From NCBI GenBank assembly GCA_041650715.1, contig JBAZKQ010000001.1, positions 326,945 to 390,944 on the forward strand: DNA of 64,000 bases, read 5' to 3'. The translations under genes were made by a program, and so were the position numbers. The notes beneath the pieces are model-generated. The model did not search any database. It worked only from the letters and a program-made list of their open reading frames with translations, and was not told the DNA's origin. The stretch comes from Patescibacteria group bacterium. Lineage in GTDB: Bacteria; Patescibacteriota; Patescibacteriia; Patescibacteriales; UBA12465. This document shows, one piece after another, positions 45,522-53,270 of the stretch; positions within the stretch are counted from its first letter, which is position 1; each line of letters opens with the position of its first letter.

Positions 45522-46048
45522 ATATTTTTTAAAATTAGTTTGGCCCGATTAATGCGGGTCGCGACTGTCCCCATCGGCAGTCTTAAAATGTCGCTTATTT
45601 CCTCGTATGATTTTTCATCAATATAATATAAACGTAGGGGTTCGGCGTATAGCAAGGTCATTTTAGAAAAACATTTTTCGACCTTCTCAACGATTTCTTG
45701 CCTTTCAAAATTCAATTCGATATTTTCTTCGCTTTTAAAATCCATGTCTTCTAAAATCGGCACTTCTCTTTGCCGCTTTTTAGCGATATTTATCGATTCA
45801 TTATGGACAATTCGATAAATCCAACTCGAAAATTTCTTTTTTGTATTAAAACCCCTTAAATTTATAAAGGCTTTGATGAATGCTTCTTGCACGATGTCGG
45901 CCGCATTATTTTCATCTTGAATCAAGTTCCCGGCGTAACGCAGGAGCTTATTTTGATAGCGATCGATAATAATAGCATAAAGCTCCTGATCTTCCGATCG
46001 GACTTTTTCGATAATGGCTTCATCGGAAAGTTGATTATTGTCTTTCAT
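45506..46048 (-). CDS. ECF-type RNA polymerase sigma factor
   Basis: Region 2 (DIVQEAFIKAF, WIYRIVHN) and region 4 (YEEISDILRLPMGTVATRINRA). Confidence 0.9.
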   Translation of the reverse strand: MKDNNQLSDEAIIEKVRSEDQELYAIIIDRYQNKLLRYAGNLIQDENNAADIVQEAFIKAFINLRGFNTKKKFSSWIYRIVHNESINIAKKRQREVPILEDMDFKSEENIELNFERQEIVEKVEKCFSKMTLLYAEPLRLYYIDEKSYEEISDILRLPMGTVATRINRAKLILKNICQKI

Positions 46049-46132
46049 AGTATCAATTATAACAAATTAAGCCCAATCACACACTAAGCCCCGAAATTCG
46101 CGGGGCTTAGTGAAATAATTCGCTCGCTTGTT

Positions 46133-46540
46133 TTAACGATTTAAACCGCGTCCAGAACCCATTCTGCCGGTTTTGCTGCCACTACCGTCTTGGAGGCCAC
46201 AACCGGCGCCTGTGCCGTTATGAAGGCCTAAACCGAGCTCCTGACGAATAGTCTGGGCTTCGACTGTCTTACCCTCTTCCGCTAAATTGTGCGCTTCCGC
46301 AAACTTGGCAAAGTTGTCCTGATTAACTACTTGCAGGACGCGGCCATTACCGGTCATTAAGCTCTTCCAGGCGTTATAGTCATTATTTTCAAAAGCCTGT
46401 TCCATGGCGGTGTGACGTTCAACGGTATAATTCGGTCCCTGAACACTCGGGTTGCCTTGATAAGCTAAAGCAGCGTTAGCCGATATAGCGGCGATACCGA
46501 TAAGCGCCAAAGCGCCTAAACCTAAAGTTAATTTTTTCAT
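46133..46540 (-). CDS. secreted hypothetical protein
   Basis: Signal peptide ..ISANAALA. 135 aa with a Gly-rich C-terminus. Confidence 0.55.
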   Translation of the reverse strand: MKKLTLGLGALALIGIAAISANAALAYQGNPSVQGPNYTVERHTAMEQAFENNDYNAWKSLMTGNGRVLQVVNQDNFAKFAEAHNLAEEGKTVEAQTIRQELGLGLHNGTGAGCGLQDGSGSKTGRMGSGRGLNR

Positions 46541-46624
46541 ATGTGTTTATTAATTAATTTATAAGCGATTTATTTTTTTATCGACCTTTGCTTCTAATAC
46601 AAAGTTCCTAAGCCTTTTCTTTCA

Positions 46625-46656
46625 AATAAAAAAGTCGCTGATTAACACAGCGACTC
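46625..46656 (-). terminator. intrinsic terminator
   Basis: Stem gtcgctg / cagcgac with a U-run on the minus strand. Confidence 0.65.
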
Positions 46657-46674
46657 AAGCTTAATTTCGGGTGC

Positions 46675-46956
46675 TTATGAATGCGGCTTAAACGGTAAAT
46701 TTTGATTGTCTATGCCAATTAATTGGCTTACCGTGTGCGTTGGCCCGAAGTTGATTACATTTAAAGTTTCCTCAATTGTATGATGTCCGAGCAAAATTAG
46801 ATACTGCGGGAAACTTGGGTGAGTGCTTACTTCGGTTACAAGACCAATGCGTAGTAAAACGAGTTCTATGTCGCCCCACAGTCCGTTTTTACGGTGCAGT
46901 ACAGTCATTTTTAGATCAGATTGATTGTTCTGATCATTTTTTTCACTTAAATACAC
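46675..46956 (-). CDS. hypothetical protein
   Basis: GTG start 6 nt after AAGGAGG, with a terminator downstream. No family recognised. Confidence 0.5.
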   Translation of the reverse strand: MYLSEKNDQNNQSDLKMTVLHRKNGLWGDIELVLLRIGLVTEVSTHPSFPQYLILLGHHTIEETLNVINFGPTHTVSQLIGIDNQNLPFKPHS

Positions 46957-47078
46957 TAATGTCCTCCTTTTTTAATGACTAAATATTTTTTTACAGTGAG
47001 GATAGTTTAGCACCTGAATATTGTCTTGTCAATGAATATGTTTTAATTTTCTCTAATTTTGTGCTAATATAAGTATAT

Positions 47079-47840
47079 ATGAAAAATTATATCAATTGGA
47101 AATCATTTTTTATTCTGTTGGGTTTAAGCCTCGTGAGCGTCATTTGTGTCTTTCCGTATATTATTTCTCTGCAGGGAGACGTCTTGAAGCAAATCGGCCA
47201 ACCGATAGAATTTATATTTTTGGCGCAGTTAATTCAGAGTTTAATCCTTTTTTCAATCGTTATTTTCCTCGGTTTGATTTTTACAAAAAAAATACATTTC
47301 CGGCTTCCACTGATTGAAGCTATACTCGAAAAAGGAGACTCAAAAAAAGTACTGAAGAATATTTTAGGAATATCAGTTACTCTCGGTGCTATAACCGCGA
47401 TAGTTATCTATGCCGTCGATACTTTATTTACAATCCAAGGTGCGGTGCTTAGTACTCATCAAAACTATGCCCCAATTTGGCAAAAACTTTTAGCGGCCAT
47501 ATACGGCGGGGCCACCGAAGAAATATTAATGCGCTTATTTTTAATGAGCTTTTTTATTTGGCTGAGCGTTAAATTATTCAAAAGACAGGAAGCGACACGG
47601 GCTGCGATTATTGTTTCCATTATCCTCGCCGCTGTTATATTCGGGCTCGGGCATTTACCGCTGACCGCTTCTTTAACGAATTTAACACCGCTTATAATCA
47701 TAAGAGCAGTTGTTCTAAATGGTATCGGCGGCATCGTCTTTGGCTGGCTATTCTGGAAAAAAGGACTTGAGTCGGCAATGATCGCCCACTTTACCGCTGA
47801 TATTTTTCTGCTCACGCTTTTACCCTTAGTGTTTAAGTAA
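47079..47840 (+). CDS. CPBP family intramembrane glutamic endopeptidase (CAAX protease/Abi)
   Basis: EExxxR motif (ATEEILMRLF), FGLGH and HFTADI motifs. Multi-TM. Confidence 0.88.
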   Translation: MKNYINWKSFFILLGLSLVSVICVFPYIISLQGDVLKQIGQPIEFIFLAQLIQSLILFSIVIFLGLIFTKKIHFRLPLIEAILEKGDSKKVLKNILGISVTLGAITAIVIYAVDTLFTIQGAVLSTHQNYAPIWQKLLAAIYGGATEEILMRLFLMSFFIWLSVKLFKRQEATRAAIIVSIILAAVIFGLGHLPLTASLTNLTPLIIIRAVVLNGIGGIVFGWLFWKKGLESAMIAHFTADIFLLTLLPLVFK

Positions 47841-47867
47841 TAGAGAGCAAAACAATTATTAAACACA

Positions 47868-47890
47868 AAACACCCGGCGGGGTGTTTTAA
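47868..47890. terminator. bidirectional intrinsic terminator
   Basis: Stem aaacaccc / gggtgttt, loop ggcg. Confidence 0.7.
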
Positions 47891-47931
47891 ATTTGGTTTT
47901 TATTGGCCTCAGATAACTAAGACCTGATTCT

Positions 47932-48429
47932 CTATTTGATAATGCCAATATTATGCTTAATAATCTCTAAGGCAGCTTTATGTAGTCTTGGCGAAGAATG
48001 ACTGGCCGTCAGATTTTTTAGAACAAGCACTGACATTCCGCGATCAAATGCATCTCGGGCAAAAGTCAGCACACAGTTTTCCGTATCAAAACCGGCCAAC
48101 TCGACCTGATCTATTTTATTTTTCTTTAACAAACTGAACAATTTGTTATCAACAAAACTGCTATATGTAAATTTAGGAAATAGATGGTTTCCATTAATAA
48201 GTTCTTTAATTTCATCCGCCAAATCTGTCTGATTTTTATCCATAAAACCACTCCATTTTAAGCTGCGTATAAAATTACTTCCTTTGCGATTAAAGTATTG
48301 AGTAAAGATTAAAAGATCATAGTGATTATTAGTCTTTAAAATATACTTTCGAATTTTTATTACAATAGGCTTTGTTAATTTATTAATAAAGCCTTTTTGA
48401 ACATCAATGATTATAAGTGCTTTTTTCAT
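47932..48429 (-). CDS. isochorismatase-family cysteine hydrolase
   Basis: ALIIIDVQKGF and GFDTENCV catalytic contexts. Confidence 0.82.
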   Translation of the reverse strand: MKKALIIIDVQKGFINKLTKPIVIKIRKYILKTNNHYDLLIFTQYFNRKGSNFIRSLKWSGFMDKNQTDLADEIKELINGNHLFPKFTYSSFVDNKLFSLLKKNKIDQVELAGFDTENCVLTFARDAFDRGMSVLVLKNLTASHSSPRLHKAALEIIKHNIGIIK

Positions 48430-48442
48430 AAAATTACAGTTG

Positions 48443-49024
48443 CTAACTCGGTCTTTTTTTACTTTTTTTAAAATCTGATTTTAACTTCGAAAAAATAAAA
48501 GTATTTCTAAAATCCTTAAAGTATTCACTATAAGTATCTTCTCGATATTTCCCTTCAAGAGTATACCCAGATTTTTTGGCAACACCAGCGGATGGGATAT
48601 TTCTTTCGTCGCATTTTATCTGAATTCTATTCAAATTAAGATTTAAAAAGGATTCTTTTTCCAGAACACCAAGCGCCTCAGTCATATAACCATTTCTCGT
48701 AAATTTTTTGGATAACCAATAACCAATTTCGCCAGATTTATTTTTTTTATTAATATCAAATATACCTATATTGCCAATATATTCGTTATTTAAATAAATT
48801 CCGTAATCAGTTTTTTCACCCAGTTTAAATTTTTCATCAACGGTAAATAGATATTTTAAAGCATCCTCGACATTATTTTCGCTAGTTACCCAAGGAAACC
48901 AGGGTGATAAATGTTGACGATTTTCATCAACAACCCTAAATAGTGCCTTTGCCGTTAACAAAGTTGGCTTGAGTCTTCTGAGAATAATTCTTTTTCCCGG
49001 CAATGTCGATTTAGATTTAGGCAT
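48443..49024 (-). CDS. GNAT family N-acetyltransferase (RimJ/RimL-like)
   Basis: 193 aa. EIGYWLSKKFTRNGYMTEAL acetyl-CoA-binding region. Confidence 0.8.
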   Translation of the reverse strand: MPKSKSTLPGKRIILRRLKPTLLTAKALFRVVDENRQHLSPWFPWVTSENNVEDALKYLFTVDEKFKLGEKTDYGIYLNNEYIGNIGIFDINKKNKSGEIGYWLSKKFTRNGYMTEALGVLEKESFLNLNLNRIQIKCDERNIPSAGVAKKSGYTLEGKYREDTYSEYFKDFRNTFIFSKLKSDFKKSKKRPS

Positions 49025-49102
49025 ATTGAATGAATTTATCTAATTTATTCTAATAATGTTTATAGAACAAAAATAGCACGAAAAGTGCTATTTTGTAAAA
49101 TT

Positions 49103-49129
49103 GCTCCGGGATAGGGACTCAGTTGGAAC
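49103..49129 (-). repeat. tRNA-Gln 3'-end-like 27-nt motif, copy A
   Basis: gctccgggatagggactcagttggaac. 22/27 identical to copy C. The first 16 nt resemble the tRNA-Gln 3' end. Confidence 0.8.
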
Positions 49130-49181
49130 AGTCTTAATGATTATTTAGCTTTTTATCATAACCAACATCATTTTGAATATA

Positions 49182-49421
49182 TTAAGCCTGATATTTTCCT
49201 ACAATTGGATATTTATTAATAATATCCATTAAATGTATGCTATGAAAATCCTCCGATAAATCTTGACCCGCTTGGTGATTGATGTGAGAACCGTTAATAA
49301 AGGCAGTCGTCACATCATAAACCAAACCATCAACGGCGACATAGGCCGGCTGGCCATTTTGTCCGTCGTAAAGACTCAGAGTTTTCGCAGTAAATATTTT
49401 GTCATTTATTTTATTTTTCAT
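49182..49421 (-). CDS. cytochrome b5-like heme/steroid-binding domain protein
   Basis: 79 aa. LSLYDGQNGQPAYVAVDGLVYDVT...HQAGQDLSEDF. Confidence 0.7.
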   Translation of the reverse strand: MKNKINDKIFTAKTLSLYDGQNGQPAYVAVDGLVYDVTTAFINGSHINHQAGQDLSEDFHSIHLMDIINKYPIVGKYQA

Positions 49422-49526
49422 ATTTTTAATTTGTAATTACAAATTTAAAAATACCGCGAAATATGGTATTTTGTCTATTTATCTATATCGTAAATATATA
49501 GCGGTCTTGTCTATGTTTTACTAAAT

Positions 49527-49827
49527 TTACATTCCGAGCATAACATCATACTTCCCATATACTTCTTTTTTTAAATCGGCCACTTTTGGATTGTTCCAAT
49601 CATGCATCCATTCGGATGCGATTGTTTCCCAGGTGATCGGAATAACGCCGGCTTGCAGCATACGTTCAATACCATATTTATGGGCGTCAGGCGTGGCATC
49701 TCCAGCGGCATCCATGAGACCATAAATATCCATTCCCCTCTGGATAAATTGAGGTCAGTATTGTAGGCACCTTCAATATGGCCGCTGCCTTATAAGTCTA
49801 ATTTTGAATTTTTCATATGATTAATAA
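49527..49827 (-). pseudogene. remnant of an isochorismatase/YcaC-family hydrolase gene
   Basis: Only the C-terminal 68 aa are in frame (DAAGDA...ERMLQAGVIPITWETIASEWMHDW). Upstream are an 8-codon start (MKNSKLDL, then a stop) and an out-of-frame AAAILKVPTILTSIYPEGNG segment. Confidence 0.7.
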
Positions 49828-50226
49828 TTATTCCGTCGTTTTTCCGTCAAATTCCTCTTTATTCTTCTCGGCCTCTTCTTTAGTCGCACGAATAATGCCA
49901 TCCTTATGGTTCGCGGGCGAGTAAATGGTATAAAGTTTTAGACTTTCCGAATTTGAAGTATTGATAATATTATGTTGAGCACCAGACGGCACAATTATTG
50001 CCGAGCCATCGGTGACAGGGTATTCATTCCCATCAATAATGCACTTGCCCTGCCCTTTTTCAAAACGGAAAAACTGATCATTATTCTCATGCACTTCCAT
50101 TCCAATGTCCTCGTTTGGCAAAAGACTCATTAGAACAAGCTGGCTATGCTTAGCAGTATACAAAACTTTACGAAAATTAGTATTTTTTAAAGTTTCTTTT
50201 TCTATATTAGCGTTGAATCCTTTCAT
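49828..50226 (-). CDS. cupin domain protein
   Basis: 132 aa. GMEVHENNDQFFRFEKGQG ... VPSGAQHNIIN two-motif cupin signature. Confidence 0.85.
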   Translation of the reverse strand: MKGFNANIEKETLKNTNFRKVLYTAKHSQLVLMSLLPNEDIGMEVHENNDQFFRFEKGQGKCIIDGNEYPVTDGSAIIVPSGAQHNIINTSNSESLKLYTIYSPANHKDGIIRATKEEAEKNKEEFDGKTTE

Positions 50227-50246
50227 AAATTTTTAAATTAATTTAA

Positions 50247-50639
50247 TTATTTCACCAATTTCTTTATTTTGCTTTGTTTCGGGGTCACCTTTGATGTCGT
50301 AATCTTCTTGGCTTTTGCGGCGCGGTCAATAGCGCGCCAGTGGGTTTTCAAATTCTGAGCGAGCGCTTTTATTTCCTGAGGGGTGGATTTCATTTCCTTT
50401 TCATATTTCGCGGCCACAGAATCAATGATGTCATTATAAATAGGTTCACTGACTTCTCTCGCTTGCTCAATTTTTTCAATCACATCCCCCTTCATTTTAA
50501 TAGCCCAAGATTTAGCGTCTTCAAGGTTTTTCTTCTTCTTGGGACCGAGAAAAAAATAGGCTGCGGCTAAACCAGCAACACTGGCGCCCAAGATTAATAG
50601 TTTCATCGCGCCGGAGCCATTTTTTGTTGTTTCCTTCAT
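50247..50639 (-). CDS. YtxH-like membrane-anchored protein
   Basis: N-terminal LILGASVAGLAAAYFFLGPKKKKN, then a helical charged region. Confidence 0.5.
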   Translation of the reverse strand: MKETTKNGSGAMKLLILGASVAGLAAAYFFLGPKKKKNLEDAKSWAIKMKGDVIEKIEQAREVSEPIYNDIIDSVAAKYEKEMKSTPQEIKALAQNLKTHWRAIDRAAKAKKITTSKVTPKQSKIKKLVK

Positions 50640-50695
50640 AAATTTAGGTTTAGTTTATTAAATATCTCTTTAATAATACGCAGGGAGAAGCTTTT

Positions 50696-51058
50696 TTAGT
50701 TTTTGGGAACAAATTTCATCGAAAGTGAATTTACACAATGACGAACATCTTTGTCGGTAAGGTGTTCTCCGGTAAATATATGTCCCAAATGGCCGCCACA
50801 TTTAGCGCAAGTAATTTCTGTGCGCCGGCCATCCGCATCCCAGCCCCTATGAACCGCTCCGATTATTTCCTGGTCAAAACTGGGCCAGCCACAATCTGAC
50901 TTGAGCTTGTCTTGAGACTTATAGAGCGGTTCTCCACATTGTCGACAAACATAAACACCCGACTTCATAGTATTCACGTATTCGCCGCTAAATGGGGCTT
51001 CTGTTCCCTTTTCTATTATTATTCTTTTTTCTTCGTCACTCAGCTTATTGAAATTCAT
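50696..51058 (-). CDS. msrB: peptide-methionine (R)-S-oxide reductase
   Basis: Two CxxC zinc motifs (CRQCGEPL, CAKCGGHLGH) and the catalytic RHCVNS. Confidence 0.95.
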   Translation of the reverse strand: MNFNKLSDEEKRIIIEKGTEAPFSGEYVNTMKSGVYVCRQCGEPLYKSQDKLKSDCGWPSFDQEIIGAVHRGWDADGRRTEITCAKCGGHLGHIFTGEHLTDKDVRHCVNSLSMKFVPKN

Positions 51059-51063
51059 ATAAA

Positions 51064-51330
51064 TTAGTTATTCATGTAATCTTTACGGTGGACACAGCCG
51101 GACCAACAACATGGTCGCCGCATACCCTCTTTTAATTCCGAAACAACTCTCTTAACATGCTCTTGGCGCGTCTTACTTTTCTTAACAGAAATAGTCCAGC
51201 AAATCCACTCATTGCGGGCGAGTTCTGTAATATCTTCCCATGCCAATAAAGCCCGGCGATCAGATAGTAAGGCTATTCGCAAGTCTTTCGGTAAATTATG
51301 CGCTACACCGCCGGAAATTTTATTTGTCAT
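51064..51330 (-). CDS. YdeI/OmpD-associated family protein
   Basis: 88 aa. LLAWEDITELARNEWICWTISVKKSKTRQEHVKR pattern. Confidence 0.7.
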   Translation of the reverse strand: MTNKISGGVAHNLPKDLRIALLSDRRALLAWEDITELARNEWICWTISVKKSKTRQEHVKRVVSELKEGMRRPCCWSGCVHRKDYMNN

Positions 51331-51455
51331 ATCTTATTTATTTTTGAGCCGGCCACATTGTTCAGATTCCGGTACCGCAGAAAGCTTTTCCCGGTAGTAA
51401 CCGATCTCTTTTCGTTCTGTCCATATATAGTACGAAATACATCGAATTTTTATTA

Positions 51456-51482
51456 GCTCAAAGTTTGGGATATGGTTGGAAC
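51456..51482 (-). repeat. tRNA-Gln 3'-end-like 27-nt motif, copy B
   Basis: gctcaaagtttgggatatggttggaac. 25/27 identical to copy D. Confidence 0.8.
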
Positions 51483-51539
51483 CACATTAAAAAATAAGCC
51501 GGTTTATTTATTTCTGAATTTTGATATAATATCCATAAT

Positions 51540-51773
51540 ATGAAATTAACTAATGACAGCTACATAATATCAATCGGCACAAAAAACTTTACCGAAAAAT
51601 ACCTTCGTGATAAGGATGGTTGGGTTAAAATTTCTGCAAAAGGTAATAAATTTAGAATGACCGCAGAACAACTTCTTAACCATCTATTGCCAGCCGTGGC
51701 TAATGTAAAACCGGGTTTGATTTGGGGGATTGAGTATAAGCCCAAGAAAGAATTAGGTAATTCAAAAAAGTAA
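51540..51773 (+). CDS. hypothetical protein
   Basis: 77-aa ORF preceded by the extended -10 TGaTATAAT (51522-51530) and followed by a hairpin terminator (51817-51845). Confidence 0.45.
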   Translation: MKLTNDSYIISIGTKNFTEKYLRDKDGWVKISAKGNKFRMTAEQLLNHLLPAVANVKPGLIWGIEYKPKKELGNSKK

Positions 51774-51850
51774 ATCCGTTTACTTTAAATAAGACTAAAA
51801 CATTTTTTTGTAAACAAAAACACCTGTACTTACAGGTGTTTTTGAGAGAT

Positions 51851-51877
51851 GCTCGGGAATAGGGATATAGTTGGAAC
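51851..51877 (-). repeat. tRNA-Gln 3'-end-like 27-nt motif, copy C
   Basis: gctcgggaatagggatatagttggaac. The first 16 nt match the tRNA-Gln 3' end at 15/16 positions. Confidence 0.8.
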
Positions 51878-51885
51878 GATTTTGT

Positions 51886-52398
51886 CTATAAATTAATAGT
51901 AAATACACTCTCGCCATTGCCAGTTGCAAATTGGTCTTTAAAATATTTGCCTTCATCGTATGTTTTACAGAATTCTTTGTATTTATCAAATAGTTCTGGA
52001 AAAACTGATAAATCATAGCCCTGTTCCTGAAGTTTCTTCCAAGAAGCTAAGGCGCCGCCCTGGACTACCTCATCACTACAAATTCCATTTAATTCTTTTC
52101 GTTTAGCTATATCTATTAGATGTTTATATAAATCTAGTGATAAATCTTTTCTGTTATAATTATCTCCTATACCGGCAAACCTAACTTTTATAAATTTATT
52201 ATCATTTTTTGAAATATAATCAAAAGAGATACTACCAATAAAATCTTGATTTTCCTTATTTAAGAGTCTAATCTTTTTCTCACCAAATTCATTATCATTA
52301 TCTTCTTCATTTGATAGAATAGTTTCAATTTTTTGTTCCGAGTCTTCTTGTTTCCCCCTAAAAACTGGATTAAATTGTTTTTCAATATTAATTTTCAT
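51886..52398 (-). CDS. hypothetical protein (weak GNAT-like C-terminal pattern)
   Basis: 170-aa ORF filling the module between motif copies D and C. Confidence 0.5.
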   Translation of the reverse strand: MKINIEKQFNPVFRGKQEDSEQKIETILSNEEDNDNEFGEKKIRLLNKENQDFIGSISFDYISKNDNKFIKVRFAGIGDNYNRKDLSLDLYKHLIDIAKRKELNGICSDEVVQGGALASWKKLQEQGYDLSVFPELFDKYKEFCKTYDEGKYFKDQFATGNGESVFTINL

Positions 52399-52468
52399 AA
52401 ATTAAATTTTTATTATCTTGTACATACACATAACAAAAATACCACAAAAGTGGTATTCTTGTCTATTT

Positions 52469-52495
52469 GCTCGGAGTTTGGGATATGGTTGGAAC
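52469..52495 (-). repeat. tRNA-Gln 3'-end-like 27-nt motif, copy D
   Basis: gctcggagtttgggatatggttggaac. Confidence 0.8.
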
Positions 52496-52500
52496 AATTA

Positions 52501-52529
52501 TTGACAACTATGGAATATCGTGATAATAT
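52501..52529 (+). promoter_or_regulatory. consensus sigma70-type promoter
   Basis: TTGACA 52501-52506, 17-nt spacer, TAATAT 52524-52529, upstream of the 52573 ORF. Confidence 0.6.
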
Positions 52530-52572
52530 TTTTAATTAATAATGCATTGTTGAACTTTAAAAATTATTAGAC

Positions 52573-52938
52573 ATGAAAGACACAGAAATTCAAGGAACAA
52601 GTATTTGTGTAATTGAAAAATGGATTGCAGTAATAGAGGGATACATAGAATCGAAAAATCTGTATGTAAAAGTGGGATCCCCCGATTTAGGAGTTTTAGC
52701 TTGCAGTAATTTTACAGAAGAAAAAGATAATAAAAAACTTCTTTTTCTTCAGAAAGATGTTGTTTTTCTACTTATAATGCTAAGCAAAGTTTTCCCGGAT
52801 ATTTTTCAGAAATTTAACAACACAGGGAGTTGCCCCTTTTTTGTGATTAAAAGAGAGCTTCGGATGAAAAATGAATGTTCTAAAAGCATTGCCAAGAAAG
52901 TCTCCATAGCGAAAGCGATAATCGCTTTGAGTAAGTAA
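52573..52938 (+). CDS. hypothetical protein
   Basis: 121-aa ORF with a consensus promoter upstream and a hairpin (52942-52968) downstream. Confidence 0.5.
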   Translation: MKDTEIQGTSICVIEKWIAVIEGYIESKNLYVKVGSPDLGVLACSNFTEEKDNKKLLFLQKDVVFLLIMLSKVFPDIFQKFNNTGSCPFFVIKRELRMKNECSKSIAKKVSIAKAIIALSK

Positions 52939-52972
52939 ACAAAGGGCTTGAGAAATCGAGCCCTTTTTATTA

Positions 52973-52989
52973 GCTCGGGGATAGGGATT
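52973..52989 (-). repeat. 17-bp perfect direct repeat of the tRNA-Gln 3' end (copy E)
   Basis: gctcggggatagggatt is identical to 53189-53205. That stretch covers the discriminator, the acceptor 3' strand, the T-stem 3' strand and the start of the T-loop. Confidence 0.9.
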
Positions 52990-53150
52990 TCCGCCTCAGC
53001 GAATTCGCCGTCGCTCATTCGCTTCGTTGTCGCGGTCAGAACTAAAGCTCCCCCGGAGCTTTAGCTACGCTCCCCTTTTCGCCGCTTTTGCTAAAGCGGC
53101 TCAAGACTCGCTTCTGCCCTGTTCGAATCCGCGCCTCTGCGAGGCGTATA
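52990..53150. other. GC-rich structured insert between the 17-bp repeats
   Basis: I counted 58 G+C in 53041-53140. Perfect hairpins at 53042-53064 (10 bp), 53081-53100 (8 bp) and 53132-53146 (6 bp). No ORF. Confidence 0.6.
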
Positions 53151-53185
53151 GCAAAAAAGAGAAGATATTATCTTCTCTTTTTTGC
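53151..53185. terminator. terminator hairpin immediately 3' of tRNA-Gln
   Basis: gcaaaaaagagaagata / tatcttctcttttttgc, a long symmetric stem. Confidence 0.7.
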
Positions 53186-53189
53186 TATG

Positions 53190-53260
53190 CTCGGGGATAG
53201 GGATTCGAACCCCAATAGCCAGGACCAGAACCTGGAGTCCTACCGTTAGACGATCCCCGA
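53190..53260 (-). tRNA. tRNA-Gln (anticodon CUG)
   Basis: Hand-folded cloverleaf. Acceptor TCGGGGA/TCCCCGA, D arm GTCT-AACGGTA-GGAC, anticodon arm CCAGG-TTCTGGT-CCTGG, T arm TGGGG-TTCGAAT-CCCTA. U1-A72 and discriminator G73 as in bacterial tRNA-Gln. CCA is not encoded. Confidence 0.9.
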
Positions 53261-53270
53261 ATAATGTCTT

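Noticed and set aside
46085-46109. Hairpin taagccccg/cggggctta as an intrinsic terminator
   Set aside because: There is no U-tract on either strand, so it may be a stabilising or processing hairpin and is not called as a terminator.
49103-52495. Possibility that the 27-nt motif copies are a CRISPR array
   Set aside because: Spacing is irregular (roughly 0.4 to 2.3 kb), the intervals contain promoters and genes, the copies are only 80-93% identical, and no cas genes are present.
52806-53018. 70-aa minus-strand ORF
   Set aside because: It starts in the GC-rich insert, runs through repeat copy E and a terminator hairpin, and overlaps the better-supported plus-strand ORF.
53100-53150. Plus-strand GTTCGAATCC suggested a second tRNA gene in the GC-rich insert
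   Set aside because: The flanking bases (ccctg / ccgcg) do not form a T stem, and I could not find a matching acceptor stem or cloverleaf.
49062-53262. Calling the region an intact prophage or ICE
   Set aside because: No integrase, excisionase, or structural or conjugation genes are present. Only att-like scars and small cargo genes remain, so it is described as a decayed or trans-mobilised array instead.
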